NCBI GenBank assembly: GCA_048941265.1
Contig: JBHLNT010000030.1
Location: forward strand, 1 to 33,517
Direction of reading: 5' to 3'
From: Promethearchaeota archaeon
Lineage (GTDB): Archaea > Asgardarchaeota > Lokiarchaeia > Sigyniarchaeales > SOKP01
Length of the DNA stretch: 33,517 nucleotides
Shown here: positions 1-10,316 of the stretch, piece by piece
Numbering within the stretch: the first letter of the stretch is position 1
Layout of the letters: each line of letters opens with the position of its first letter
The notes under the pieces: generated by a model
Database searches by the model: none
Seen by the model: the letters and a program-made list of their open reading frames with translations, nothing else
Told to the model about the DNA's origin: nothing
Translations under genes and position numbers: made by a program

Positions 1-2
1 TG

Positions 3-950
3 CTAATAGAAGATCTAGATGAAAAGAGCAAAACATCAAGAGTAAGAGCGCTTAAATGTTTAGGAATTTTTAACTCACAACATACTCTTAACGTTGCTTT
101 TATTAGTTCAAATGAAAAAAAAGAAATGTTTAGCAAAATAATTCCAGCCGTTGCAGCTTGGGATATATATAATCCGTGGGCTAAATATCTTCAACTTTTT
201 AGTACACATCCGTTAACTGCAAAAAGAATTATGCGTTTAAATGATCAGTGCGCACTATTTAATCTAAAACCATTGATTGATTTCGCATATGCAAAAAAAA
301 TGAAAGAAGAACAAGTCGGAAAAACCATGATACCCGAATTTTTAACTGATTTATGTATAGATACAATACCTTTTTTATTATTTATCTCCTTACTACCTCT
401 GCTAATAATCTATCTCATTTTAAGACCATTATTTAACTATAAAATATCCCCTGAATTTACAATAATTCTAGGGTTTGGTTTAATGGTATTAGCATTTGGA
501 TTATTTGTAAAAACAAAATTCAAGTATAAAAATGGCTTCAGACTATTTAATATTGACAGACTTTTAGGACATATTAATGTGAGCTCTGTCAGACCAGTTC
601 CTGCTATTATAGAAGGGCAAATAGTAGGTCGTGGGATTCCAGGATTCATTTTAAGTGAAGATTTATATTTGCAAGACAAAACAGGGTTGCTATATCTTGA
701 TTACCATTTTGGTTTAGGATTAATGGATCTAATTTTTGCAATAACTAAATCGAAAAAGTTAATAGGTCAAAGAGTTAGAGTAAAAGGATGGTATCGCCGT
801 AGTATAATTCCTTTTTTTCAAATTAAAACTCTTGAAACAGAAGACGGAAAAATACATCGTAATTATGCAGACAACGTTAATGTTATATGGTCTATTCTAT
901 TTTTTTTAATTGGCTTACTTTTATTCTTGGATCTGCTAATAACTTATTAA
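3..950 (+). CDS. htpX: HtpX/M48-family zinc metalloprotease, C-terminal part (5'-truncated by window edge) with membrane helices and an OB-fold-like C-terminal region
   Basis: Frame is open from position 3 (LIEDLDEKSK...) into the 126..950 ORF. It has the M48 C-terminal motif LFSTHPLTAKRI and hydrophobic helices. The HExxH motif would lie outside the window. Confidence 0.7.
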   Translation, partial: LIEDLDEKSKTSRVRALKCLGIFNSQHTLNVAFISSNEKKEMFSKIIPAVAAWDIYNPWAKYLQLFSTHPLTAKRIMRLNDQCALFNLKPLIDFAYAKKMKEEQVGKTMIPEFLTDLCIDTIPFLLFISLLPLLIIYLILRPLFNYKISPEFTIILGFGLMVLAFGLFVKTKFKYKNGFRLFNIDRLLGHINVSSVRPVPAIIEGQIVGRGIPGFILSEDLYLQDKTGLLYLDYHFGLGLMDLIFAITKSKKLIGQRVRVKGWYRRSIIPFFQIKTLETEDGKIHRNYADNVNVIWSILFFLIGLLLFLDLLITY

Positions 951-1020
951 AAAAACCATTTTAATTATAAATTCTTTTTTTTTATTTTTTGACTTTATTG
1001 TATAATTTTTCTGAATTTCT

Positions 1021-1491
1021 TTATAAAATAAGGAGATTTATCCAATCGGCAATAACAGCGGGTTTATCTTGCCCTTTTATTTCAATTACATGGTGCGATG
1101 TAAATTTCATACCCCTTTTAACCAACTCAACTTTTGAAATATTTGACACATCACGTATAAAAGAACCTACTGGAACAGCAGATATAAACCTTATTTTATC
1201 AAAACCATAATTAAGTATTGATTTTGCATCTGTTATATAAAACTGCATTGAATCTCTATCTCCATCCTGCAAAGTGAAGAAACCGAGCATAGATAAAACA
1301 AAGAAGCCATGGGCCACAGTTTTTCCGTATATTGAATCTTCTGCTCTTTCAGGACTAATGTGAATATATTGATGGTCTTTTGTGAGATCTGCAAATTTAT
1401 TAATAGCTTCCTGAGTGACCTGATACCATCTTGTATAGAATTTTTTACCAATATAATCTTTTATTTCAATAGCTTTTATCTTATTGACCAT
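1021..1491 (-). CDS. MaoC-family (hot-dog fold) dehydratase
   Basis: Motifs FADLTKDHQYIH, TVAHGF and NYGFDKIRF are typical of MaoC/NodN hydratases. Confidence 0.9.
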   Translation of the reverse strand: MVNKIKAIEIKDYIGKKFYTRWYQVTQEAINKFADLTKDHQYIHISPERAEDSIYGKTVAHGFFVLSMLGFFTLQDGDRDSMQFYITDAKSILNYGFDKIRFISAVPVGSFIRDVSNISKVELVKRGMKFTSHHVIEIKGQDKPAVIADWINLLIL

Positions 1492-1693
1492 CTTTTTTTT
1501 TCCTCTTATGAATATTATATTATTATTATCTAATCGTTTATTAAACCTTGCTTTAGCATATTCTATGTTTCGAAAAATTATTTATCCCTATACTGAACAT
1601 ATTAAAAATCAATGAAAGATTATTATTAACACAATTAAAAAGAACCAAATCTTAATTTTGATTATAACCTTAAATATATGAGAGACATAACTT

Positions 1694-3868
1694 ATGCCTG
1701 ACAAATCTATTTTTTTACCTATTGTTTTTCACTTTCACCAACCAGTTGATAATTTTGGATGGGTTATTGAGGACTCTTTTAAAAAATCATACGAACCGCT
1801 AATAGATAATATTTTCAAATATCCGGAAGTGAAAATTACTCTACATTTTTCGGGAAATATATTGGAATGGTTTTTACAAAATAAACCTGCCTTCATTGAA
1901 AAATTAAAAATCATGGCTAAAAGGGGCCAGATTGAAATGATAGGTGGGGGTTATTATGAGCCCATTTTTGCCATTATCCCTTATCGAGATAAAATAGCCC
2001 AAATGAGAAAATTATCAAATCTTATAAAAAATAAATTCGGATTGGAAGTAAATGGTGCTTGGTTATCTGAACGTGTCTGGGAACCAAATTATCCTTCTTT
2101 TTTAAGCGATGTCGGATTAAAATATGTCTTAGTAGATGATAATCATCTTAGATCTTGTGGATTAACTGAAGATGATACTTTTTACACTTATGTTACTGAA
2201 GATGAGGGAAAAACATTACGAGTATTTCCAATTAATGAACATTTGAGATATTTAACACCCTGGAAACCAACATATTATAGTATTGATTATTTAAGAAAGA
2301 TGGCCGATGAAAAAGGAGACAGAATGGCACTTTTGATCTCTGATGCTGAAAAAATGGGCGTATGGGGATCAACGTATCAGATTTGTTATGTGGATGGTGC
2401 TGGCCATTGGGATGGGGATAATACAAAACCCTTTATTCCCACTTTTTTTGAGCAGATAATTCATAATAAGTGGATTAAATCCATAACACTCTCAGAATAT
2501 ATGAAAAATTACCCCGCAAAGGGATTAGTTTATATTCCAACCGCTAGTTATGATAAAATGGAAGAATGGGTGCTTCCCACTCCAATCAGAAAGAATTTTA
2601 AAAAAGTAAGAAAAGAAATAAAGGATAATGAAAAAAGGCAAATAGAATATCAATTTTTAAAAGGGGGTTTTTGGCGCTATTTTTTAGTTAAATATCCCGA
2701 ATCAAATAATATGCATAAAAAAATGCTGTATGTGCGGGAAAAGTTGATTAAGGTAGAAGAATATCTTGATAAACTAAAAGATAAAGATATAATTTCAAAA
2801 GTAAAACAAAAAGCAGAAGAAGCCTGGGATGAAATATATAAGGCTCAATGTAATGACTGTTATTGGCACGGCTTATTTGGAGGAGTATATTTACAATTTT
2901 TAAGATTTTCAGTCTATACCCATTTAATAAATGCCGAAAGAATGATTGATGAATTAAATATGCTTATTTTTCCTATTCAAAAATCTTACAGAACCTTTAT
3001 TCCTCTCGATTTTAATAAAGATAGTAGATTGGATCTTCTCATAGAATCAGATATCTTAAATGTATATATCAACCCTTCTGATGGAGGAACTATTTTTGAG
3101 CTTGATTATAAACCTAAATTTTATAATTTATTAAATACTCTAACAAGATGGCCTGAGGCTTATCATGAGAGTGAAAAAATCAAGACTGAAGAATTAATGG
3201 TAGATAGATTTAGAAGAACTATGTTAAGATTACGATTCATTCACGATGATGTTTCTCTTAGCCAACTTCATACTGATACTTATTATGAATTTGGAGATTT
3301 TATTGATAGTGAGTTTAAAATGATTAAAACTGAAAAAGATGAAGCTTCCGTAGTTATTGAATTGGAAAAAGAGGGAAGCATCAAAGACATAAATAGTGAT
3401 GATAGACATACTTGCAAAATAGTTAAAAAAATTTTGGTCGAAGAGGAAAGAATTCTCATAGCAATAAAAGGAGAATTCAGTGAAATTGCGGGAATGGAAG
3501 ATATTCTAAGAAGAATTCTCGAAAATTTATACCTCGTAGTAGACCTCCCATTTTTCTTTAATGGAGATACAAACAAATTCAAATGGGAGAGTGCTTTTGT
3601 AGAATTGGTTAATGATAATGAAAAAAATCTATTAGAACCTTTTCAATATATCGGCGACCATTTTAAAGCCTACGATGAGACGTATGATTTGAACTTTGAA
3701 ATCTTATTATCAAGTGATACTGGCGAAGTTAAGATTAACAAATTTCCTATAATAGCTTATGCATATACCGATGAAGGCTATAGAACGATATATCAAGGAA
3801 TAACTTTAGCACCTCAGTTCAAACTCAAGAAAAATTTTCAACTTAATATAGAATTAATTATTTCCTAA
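1694..3868 (+). CDS. GH57 alpha-amylase / 4-alpha-glucanotransferase
   Basis: HFHQP, GGYYEPI, WLSERVWEP (catalytic Glu), SDAEKMG (catalytic Asp), AQCNDCYWHGLFGG; long C-terminal beta domain. Confidence 0.92.
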   Translation: MPDKSIFLPIVFHFHQPVDNFGWVIEDSFKKSYEPLIDNIFKYPEVKITLHFSGNILEWFLQNKPAFIEKLKIMAKRGQIEMIGGGYYEPIFAIIPYRDKIAQMRKLSNLIKNKFGLEVNGAWLSERVWEPNYPSFLSDVGLKYVLVDDNHLRSCGLTEDDTFYTYVTEDEGKTLRVFPINEHLRYLTPWKPTYYSIDYLRKMADEKGDRMALLISDAEKMGVWGSTYQICYVDGAGHWDGDNTKPFIPTFFEQIIHNKWIKSITLSEYMKNYPAKGLVYIPTASYDKMEEWVLPTPIRKNFKKVRKEIKDNEKRQIEYQFLKGGFWRYFLVKYPESNNMHKKMLYVREKLIKVEEYLDKLKDKDIISKVKQKAEEAWDEIYKAQCNDCYWHGLFGGVYLQFLRFSVYTHLINAERMIDELNMLIFPIQKSYRTFIPLDFNKDSRLDLLIESDILNVYINPSDGGTIFELDYKPKFYNLLNTLTRWPEAYHESEKIKTEELMVDRFRRTMLRLRFIHDDVSLSQLHTDTYYEFGDFIDSEFKMIKTEKDEASVVIELEKEGSIKDINSDDRHTCKIVKKILVEEERILIAIKGEFSEIAGMEDILRRILENLYLVVDLPFFFNGDTNKFKWESAFVELVNDNEKNLLEPFQYIGDHFKAYDETYDLNFEILLSSDTGEVKINKFPIIAYAYTDEGYRTIYQGITLAPQFKLKKNFQLNIELIIS

Positions 3869-3907
3869 AATGTCTAAATAATGCTACGAATTTTGTCGGT
3901 TTTACGT

Positions 3908-3921
3908 ATCTTTATAAAGAT
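3908..3921. promoter_or_regulatory. Perfect 14-bp palindrome ATCTTTATAAAGAT upstream of micro-ORF 3964
   Basis: Self-complementary sequence read directly; followed by an A-rich/TATTTAAA promoter-like stretch. Confidence 0.3.
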
Positions 3922-3963
3922 TGAAAAGAAAATATATTTAAAGTTAATAAAACAGAATCGGTA

Positions 3964-4116
3964 ATGAAAATTAAGAACAATTATACTTTTGAAAGACGTA
4001 ACTCTTGCACTGTAAATAATAAATCGGAAAAAAAGAATCTCCAAACAAGCGAAAATATAAAAAATATAAGAGCTAAATTAATGAAAAAAAAGCTTAAAAA
4101 GCAGTTTCCAAAATAA
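3964..4116 (+). CDS. Small basic protein (50 aa), not in the ORF track
   Basis: ATG at 3964 to TAA at 4114-4116: MKIKNNYTFERRNSCTVNNKSEKKNLQTSENIKNIRAKLMKKKLKKQFPK. Its C-terminus resembles that of the next micro-ORF. Confidence 0.5.
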   Translation: MKIKNNYTFERRNSCTVNNKSEKKNLQTSENIKNIRAKLMKKKLKKQFPK

Positions 4117-4208
4117 TCTTATTTTAATCAACCTAATTTTTGTTTTAAAACCTTCTTGTGTGAAAAGATTATATTTCTTAATTTCATTCTTCTTTCCTTC
4201 TATGCTCT

Positions 4209-4230
4209 ATAATAAGAACGTTCTTATTAT
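4209..4230. promoter_or_regulatory. Perfect 22-bp palindrome ATAATAAGAACGTTCTTATTAT, putative operator
   Basis: Exact inverted repeat about 58 nt upstream of the ATG at 4288. Confidence 0.55.
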
Positions 4231-4287
4231 TTCTTTTTCTGTCATTAATTGGATAGTGATATAAAATATATAGAAGTGAGGAGAAAA

Positions 4288-4434
4288 ATGGCCAGTGCAT
4301 GTGGTATTGAAAAATTTTTCTGCTGGAATGGATGTGAAGAAAAACTACATGATTGTATTGAAAGATCGAAGTTTGTAAAAGACATCCGAAAAGATTTGGC
4401 TAAAAAAAAATATAAGAAAAAGTTCAATTCTTAA
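4288..4434 (+). CDS. Small Cys-containing basic protein (48 aa)
   Basis: GTGAGGAG SD-like sequence just before ATG 4288 (ORF track uses TTG 4249). Sequence MASACGIEKFFCWNGCEEKLHDCIERSKFVKDIRKDLAKKKYKKKFNS. Confidence 0.6.
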   Translation: MASACGIEKFFCWNGCEEKLHDCIERSKFVKDIRKDLAKKKYKKKFNS

Positions 4435-4460
4435 TTTCATAAGGTAATCTTTATTAAATT

Positions 4461-5159
4461 TTAAGAGTCAAAACCATACTCCCCAATTAATGGAACAAAT
4501 CGTACTCCTGTAATCTTTTCAGTTTCAAATTCTTTTCCATTTTTGGTAACGATGTATAAATTTTGTCCCCAACCTTTGGATCCCGCAGGAATACAAAGAA
4601 TACCTCCATCTTTTAATTGGGTTTTAAGTGGAGGGGGAACTTTTTCAGGGGATGCGGCAGTAACCAGAATTTTGTCGTAGGGAGCTTCTTCGGGATACCC
4701 GAGAGTACCATCTCCATGGATGACTGTGACCCGATTATCGAAACCTGCATTTTTAAGATTAATTATCGCTTTATCTACTAATTTTTTATGCCTTTCAATG
4801 CTATAGACGTGACCTGGAGATTCGGAATTTTGAGGAGCTACCAATTCAGCGCATAATGCTGCGTGATATCCTGAACCAGTTCCAATTTCTAATACTTTTT
4901 CACCCTCTTTAAGTTGTAAATATTCGCACATCATCGCATTCATATGAGGTGCACTAATGGTTTGTCCTAATCCAATCGATAGAGGAGAATCCATATAAGC
5001 AGAAGATTTCGCTTTTTCTGGAACAAATTCATGCCTCGGAACTTTGATCATAGCTTGTATAACTTTTGGTTGAGTTAAGATGCCCCTTTTAATTAAACTC
5101 TCCACTAATTTTTTTCTTTTCTTCTCAAAATCCATATTTTCTTCCAAGTCTGCCTTCAT
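4461..5159 (-). CDS. pcm: Protein-L-isoaspartate(D-aspartate) O-methyltransferase
   Basis: [52 protein letters not shown]. Confidence 0.95.
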   Translation of the reverse strand: MKADLEENMDFEKKRKKLVESLIKRGILTQPKVIQAMIKVPRHEFVPEKAKSSAYMDSPLSIGLGQTISAPHMNAMMCEYLQLKEGEKVLEIGTGSGYHAALCAELVAPQNSESPGHVYSIERHKKLVDKAIINLKNAGFDNRVTVIHGDGTLGYPEEAPYDKILVTAASPEKVPPPLKTQLKDGGILCIPAGSKGWGQNLYIVTKNGKEFETEKITGVRFVPLIGEYGFDS

Positions 5160-5189
5160 TTTAGCTTTTAAATTCCTTAATTGGTCGCT

Positions 5190-6428
5190 TCATTTCTTAG
5201 AAAGAATATAAATCTTATCATCGCATTCTACTACACTTTCTAAGGGTAGATTAAATTTTATTGGATTATTATTGGTCTTTCTTACTATACTTTTAACCTT
5301 TGTTCCATTTAATATTAATTTTTTAACTTGCTCAACACAATATGAGTTTTTTCCAATAATTATAATTTGATCACCTACTCTTAAAAATGATTCTCTATTT
5401 TCAATTAAAACATTAGCAGACCTACTTGCATTATCATATGATAAAATTTTACCTAAGTATATCTTCTTGTATGGTGATATATTTCCTCTTATCCCCAATT
5501 CAATGTTTTCTATTGTAGGTCTTTGAAAATAAAAACCACTGTGAAATCCTCGATTATAAACCTTAGATAATTTTTTTAACCAATATTTTACTTTTTCTTC
5601 GGTATATGTTCCCTCAAAATAACAATCAATGGCTTCCTTATAACATTCTACAACCGTTTTTACATATAAAGGATCTTTCATACGCCCCTCAATTTTAAAT
5701 GCATCTATTCTAGCGTTGATAAGTTCGGGGATATATTCTATCATGCAGAGATCCTTAGCGTTAAGAAATAATTGTCCATCATAGATAAATTCATTATTCT
5801 CATCATCTATTACTCGCCATTGTCTGCGACATGGTTGAATACAGTTACCCCGATTCGCTGAATATTCTTCAGAATCACATATCGTTGCGGAAAGATAACA
5901 CCTTCCTGATATTGAAGTACACATAGAACCATGGACAAAGCATTCTATCTCTGTATTCTCTAACTTATTTTTAATATTAGCAATTTGTTCGAGAGACAAT
6001 TCTCTCGCCAAAATTAATCTTCCAGCATCAAGCTCTTGGTAGAATTTGGCAGCTTCTATATTTGATATGTTTGCTTGTGTTGAAATATGAAAATTCATAT
6101 TATATTTTTTCGCAATATTAATTGCTGCGATATCATGTACGATTATGGCGTCTATACCAGAATTTTTTGCACTTGAAATTAAATTTTCTAAATCTCCTAA
6201 CTCTGAATCATATACTAAAATGTTGGTGCATAAATACGCATTAATACTTGGGACATGTTTATGACAAAAATTCACAACTTTTTTAAGTTCACTTAATTCA
6301 AAATTTACTGCTTTTGCTCGCATGTTATAGTCTTGTACACCAAAATATACTGAGTCTGCTAACCCTTTTATTGCTTTTAATGTATGCCAATCCTGAACTG
6401 GAGCTACTATTTCTGGACGATTACTCAT
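5190..6428 (-). CDS. Peptidase U32-family Fe-S protein (TrhP/RlhA-like RNA hydroxylase)
   Basis: HISTQAN, LARELSL, ECFVHGSMCTSISGRC, NRGNCIQPCR, KIEGRMK. Confidence 0.9.
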   Translation of the reverse strand: MSNRPEIVAPVQDWHTLKAIKGLADSVYFGVQDYNMRAKAVNFELSELKKVVNFCHKHVPSINAYLCTNILVYDSELGDLENLISSAKNSGIDAIIVHDIAAINIAKKYNMNFHISTQANISNIEAAKFYQELDAGRLILARELSLEQIANIKNKLENTEIECFVHGSMCTSISGRCYLSATICDSEEYSANRGNCIQPCRRQWRVIDDENNEFIYDGQLFLNAKDLCMIEYIPELINARIDAFKIEGRMKDPLYVKTVVECYKEAIDCYFEGTYTEEKVKYWLKKLSKVYNRGFHSGFYFQRPTIENIELGIRGNISPYKKIYLGKILSYDNASRSANVLIENRESFLRVGDQIIIIGKNSYCVEQVKKLILNGTKVKSIVRKTNNNPIKFNLPLESVVECDDKIYILSKK

Positions 6429-6562
6429 AAAGAATCTTATTGATTATAATAAAAATTCATATTTGCAGTTAGAAATAAGATTAAAAGCAATTTATTAATT
6501 ATTAATAAATTAAAAAAAAAGCAAAAAAACAAATATAATCAAATTTTAAAGGAGTTTCAAAA

Positions 6563-7138
6563 ATGAAAGTTGTTGTATTTAATGCAAGTCCCCGGAAAGA
6601 GGGTAACACTACCCTTTGTTTAAATGTAGTTATGGATGAATTAAAAGCTAATGGCATTGAATGCGAGTATATTTGGATTGGTAAGGAAAAATTACACGGT
6701 TGTATATCGTGTTATAAATGTTTTTCAAATAAAGATAAAAAATGCTCTCAAACCAATGATAAAATGAATGAATTCATTGAAAAAATGATAGCAGCAGATG
6801 GAATTATTTTAGGCTCTCCAACTTATTTCGCAGATGTCACTACTAATATGAAAGCATTAATCGAACGAGCCGGATTAGTGGGTAAAGCCAACGGAGATAT
6901 GTATAAATATAAAGTAGGAGCTGCAGTCGTTGCTGTAAGACGTGCTGGTGCGGTACACGTGTTTTCGAGCATAAATTTCTTCTTTTTAATCGCAGAAATG
7001 GTCGTAGTTGGCTCAAGTTATTGGAATCTCGGTATTGGCTTGGCTCCCGGAGATGTAAAAAAAGACGGGGAAGGGATGCAAACGTTCAAGAATTTAGGAA
7101 AGAATTTTGCGTATGTGCTTCAAAAACTAAATAGCTAG
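6563..7138 (+). CDS. Iron-sulfur flavoprotein (Isf-like) / NADPH-dependent FMN reductase family
   Basis: SPRKEGNT, CxxCxxC-x7-C (CISCYKCFSNKDKKC), GSPTYF; AAGGAG SD upstream. Confidence 0.9.
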   Translation: MKVVVFNASPRKEGNTTLCLNVVMDELKANGIECEYIWIGKEKLHGCISCYKCFSNKDKKCSQTNDKMNEFIEKMIAADGIILGSPTYFADVTTNMKALIERAGLVGKANGDMYKYKVGAAVVAVRRAGAVHVFSSINFFFLIAEMVVVGSSYWNLGIGLAPGDVKKDGEGMQTFKNLGKNFAYVLQKLNS

Positions 7139-7303
7139 ATTATTTTTTTTCTTTATTTATTTCTTTTCACTTATTTCCCGGGAGAAAAGAGTATAGAATA
7201 TCTCTAATATGAAAATTTAAATAAGAGTTAAATTTTAAAGTAAAGTAAAGAATTAATGATTCGTTTTAATTTATAACTTAAATATTTCGAAATTCTAAGT
7301 TCT

Positions 7304-9637
7304 ATGCTAAATTCAAGAAATAAAAAAATTGCTATTTTATCAGCAGTGGCTATTTCTATCTTAATTTTAGGATTATTTCAAAATATAAAAATTGCATATG
7401 CGCAAAATTATGAAGAAACTATGACGTTATCCCAAAATTTCAGCATAGATGAATTTTCTGAAAATGAGGGTGTAATGGAAAATATTACTTCAATTGACAT
7501 AGACTTAGGCTCTTCTAGATGGAATGTAACAGATATAGAGCTGAATTTTACAAATATAAAACTTGAACGTCAAACAAAATCCATTGAAGATAGTCAAGCC
7601 GGATGGCAATACAAAACAATTCTTAAAACCCATCCGAATTTTTATTATGCCGGTCTTGGAGTAGAAATGTATTTGCCAGAACCTACTTTGATTTATGGAG
7701 TTTATATCTACGGATATAAACAAGATACCACCGAACCTGTCTATATTCAAATTAGAGATTATGACGGTGCTACTAATAAACCTGTTGATTCTTTTCTTTA
7801 TAGTCAATTATTAAATATTTCACTAGTTCCAAAGTGGTATTTCCAAAATTTTAGCACCCCCCTCCCTCTTTCTGCAGGTAGATATTATTTAGTGCTATTT
7901 AACCAATTTTATGGTGATACTTCTGCTGCACATTTTTGGGGATATACCAATAGTCCTAATAATTCAAGCCTACATACTGCAGAATATTATACTCAAGCAC
8001 CGATTTATTGGACTAATGTACAACAAGGTCACCCATTTTTATATAAGTTACTACAGAAAGTGAATAAATCTTATTATCCAGAGGATATTGAAATGGCAGT
8101 TACGGTTAATGATAATAGTTATAACATTACAAATGGTAATGAGATAGGATCTGGAAATGTTAGCATCTCTACTAATTACTCTCCAAATACTAATATTTTT
8201 CATATTCCAATAACAAATAATATCTCTGCTAAGTTAAACTTTTCATTAGATTATCGTATCTATTTGAATAATAGTCTTTTTGTTGATGGAAATGTATTAA
8301 TCAGAGAAAATTCTTTATATCATCCATGGACTTTAAGTTTTTATTTAGAGAGATCTGATGGAAATTATACCGTTAAATTCTCATATCCAAATAGTTGGAC
8401 GATACTTTCAATTTTAAGAAATGATATTTCACTAACAGACGGTGTTGACTTTATAAATAATACCGTTGATAAAGCTATTTATATATTTAATAAGACTATT
8501 CCATATGAAAATGTGCCTTGGGAAATTATTGCTGAATCACCTAATATACCCATAAATTTTAATGGCCCGGATCCCGAGATTACAGCAGGATCTGAATCGA
8601 TATCTGGAGTAACTTCTCCTTTAAATGGCAATTATACATATCTATTGTATGCAGGTGCATATGAAAAGTATAGAAATTCAACATTTTATACCGGTGGAGT
8701 ACTTTCCTTCTCGTATATTATTCCAAGTACCGGTCCTAATGGGGATTGGACGGCAGTAATTTATTGGAATAATGGAACTGATGCGGGTGTAGCATCCTCG
8801 GACTTTACAGTGACAGGAGGCGTAACAATTATTTCTGGAGGTGGAGGTGGAGGAGGCGGTGGAGGTGGCACAACGGTCACTGGGTTAGATCCTTTGGTAG
8901 TTTATACAATTAGCTCCATAATAATCATAGGTGTCGTCGCTGGTTTAACATCTTATCAAGTAGCCAAAAAAATTAAAAAAAATCGCGAATTAGAACTTAA
9001 AAAACTCCATAGTAAATTTATTGATATTCTGAGCTTAAATTATCTCTTAGTAATAGATAAAAAAACAGGATTAAACGTTTATGAACAATTTTTTGCTGGT
9101 AAGGTTATAGATGCCAGCTTGATTTCGGGTTTTCTTGAAGCAATTCGAAATTTTGGAATTGAATTGACTGGTACGTATTCGCAATCTCAAACGGTAAAAT
9201 TAGAATACCAAGAATCGAAAATACTTATGTCTGAATTTAAAGATTTTAGGATAGTGTTAGTTATGGCCGAGAATCCCTCGGATGATTTCTTAAATTCAAT
9301 AACCACATTATCGTACGATGTTGACAGAAATTTTGGAGAATTAATCCAAAATTTTAAAGGAGATACTACTCAATTTAAAGGCATTAGTCAGTGTGTAGAA
9401 AAGAATTTCAATGTGTCATTCATCGCTCCCTTGACAATAGGGGATGTTGGAGATATCAAATTAAAAGATGCAGAAATAGCAATGATAAATAAAGCAAAAG
9501 CAATAATGAAGCAAAATAATTTGAATTTCTTTTTTACAAGCTTTTTACTTCCTGAGCAAACCTACGATCCTAAAAAAACCAGAACAGTATTTGATTTAAT
9601 TGAGAAGAAAATCTTTGTGCCAACCAAAATAACTTAA
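7304..9637 (+). CDS. Large single-pass membrane protein: N-terminal signal, N-glycosylation-rich beta ectodomain, poly-Gly linker, TM helix, cytoplasmic longin/roadblock-like domain
   Basis: Hydrophobic N-terminus; many NxS/T sites; G11 linker; TM VVYTISSIIIIGVVAGLTSY followed by KKIKK; cytoplasmic LNYLLVIDKKTGLNVYEQ...DASLISGFLEAIRNFGIEL matches the longin beta-beta-alpha pattern. Confidence 0.7.
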   Translation: MLNSRNKKIAILSAVAISILILGLFQNIKIAYAQNYEETMTLSQNFSIDEFSENEGVMENITSIDIDLGSSRWNVTDIELNFTNIKLERQTKSIEDSQAGWQYKTILKTHPNFYYAGLGVEMYLPEPTLIYGVYIYGYKQDTTEPVYIQIRDYDGATNKPVDSFLYSQLLNISLVPKWYFQNFSTPLPLSAGRYYLVLFNQFYGDTSAAHFWGYTNSPNNSSLHTAEYYTQAPIYWTNVQQGHPFLYKLLQKVNKSYYPEDIEMAVTVNDNSYNITNGNEIGSGNVSISTNYSPNTNIFHIPITNNISAKLNFSLDYRIYLNNSLFVDGNVLIRENSLYHPWTLSFYLERSDGNYTVKFSYPNSWTILSILRNDISLTDGVDFINNTVDKAIYIFNKTIPYENVPWEIIAESPNIPINFNGPDPEITAGSESISGVTSPLNGNYTYLLYAGAYEKYRNSTFYTGGVLSFSYIIPSTGPNGDWTAVIYWNNGTDAGVASSDFTVTGGVTIISGGGGGGGGGGGTTVTGLDPLVVYTISSIIIIGVVAGLTSYQVAKKIKKNRELELKKLHSKFIDILSLNYLLVIDKKTGLNVYEQFFAGKVIDASLISGFLEAIRNFGIELTGTYSQSQTVKLEYQESKILMSEFKDFRIVLVMAENPSDDFLNSITTLSYDVDRNFGELIQNFKGDTTQFKGISQCVEKNFNVSFIAPLTIGDVGDIKLKDAEIAMINKAKAIMKQNNLNFFFTSFLLPEQTYDPKKTRTVFDLIEKKIFVPTKIT
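8837..8869 (+). repeat. GGN codon run encoding 11 consecutive glycines
   Basis: gga ggt gga ggt gga gga ggc ggt gga ggt ggc. Confidence 0.9.
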
Positions 9638-9699
9638 ATGCATTATAATTAGACTTATTAACCTAAAAAATTCAATAATTAAGAAACAAAATATTATTA

Positions 9700-9720
9700 T
9701 TTTTTTCTTTTTTTTTTTTT
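9700..9720 (+). terminator. Long oligo-T tract, possible archaeal intrinsic terminator
   Basis: T7-C-T13 run downstream of the 7304..9637 gene. Confidence 0.35.
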
Positions 9721-9740
9721 ATCTTGTGAGGTTAGTTAAA

Positions 9741-10292
9741 ATGAATAGCACTGTAAAGGATCAAAATATTATAAAAATTATAATAATGGGATTAGATAAT
9801 AGTGGAAAATCCTCTATTCTATTGAGCTTTAGAGAAGATACAAACTTGCTATCTTATTTTTCTCTTTATCCTACTAAAGGAGTAAGTATTGAGAACCTAA
9901 TTTCTCCGCAGTCTAATATGATAATATGGGAGTTCGGAGGTCAGGAGCGGTATCGCGAAGATCACATTAAAAATCTTAATAAATACCTAAAAGACATTGA
10001 TAAAATAATATTTGTTATTGATATTCAAGATATTGAGAGATACGATTTGGCTTTAGATTATTTCATGGAAATAATGAGTATACTTGAAAAATTTAATATT
10101 AAAGTGGATATCTCAATATATCTTCATAAATATGATCCAAATTTAACAAAACAGGAGAAGTTTAAGGATCTAGACAAAATAATCACTCCAAACTTAATTA
10201 ATAAAATCGAAAATTTAATCCCGTCTGAATATATTTGTAGTTTTTATAAAACTAGCATTTATACGATATTTGAGAAGTTTTTAATAAAGTAA
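9741..10292 (+). CDS. Small GTPase, Rag/Gtr- or Arf-like (copy 1)
   Basis: G1 GLDNSGKSS, G2 PT, G3 WEFGGQ, G4 HKYD, G5 TSIY. GTGAGGT SD-like sequence before ATG 9741 (track start 9726). Confidence 0.88.
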   Translation: MNSTVKDQNIIKIIIMGLDNSGKSSILLSFREDTNLLSYFSLYPTKGVSIENLISPQSNMIIWEFGGQERYREDHIKNLNKYLKDIDKIIFVIDIQDIERYDLALDYFMEIMSILEKFNIKVDISIYLHKYDPNLTKQEKFKDLDKIITPNLINKIENLIPSEYICSFYKTSIYTIFEKFLIK

Positions 10293-10316
10293 ATGAATTT
10301 TAAACATTAAATTTAT

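Noticed and set aside
8837-8869. Poly-Gly run as a phase-variable repeat
   Set aside because: Mixed GGA/GGT/GGC codons indicate a protein-level linker, not a slippage tract.
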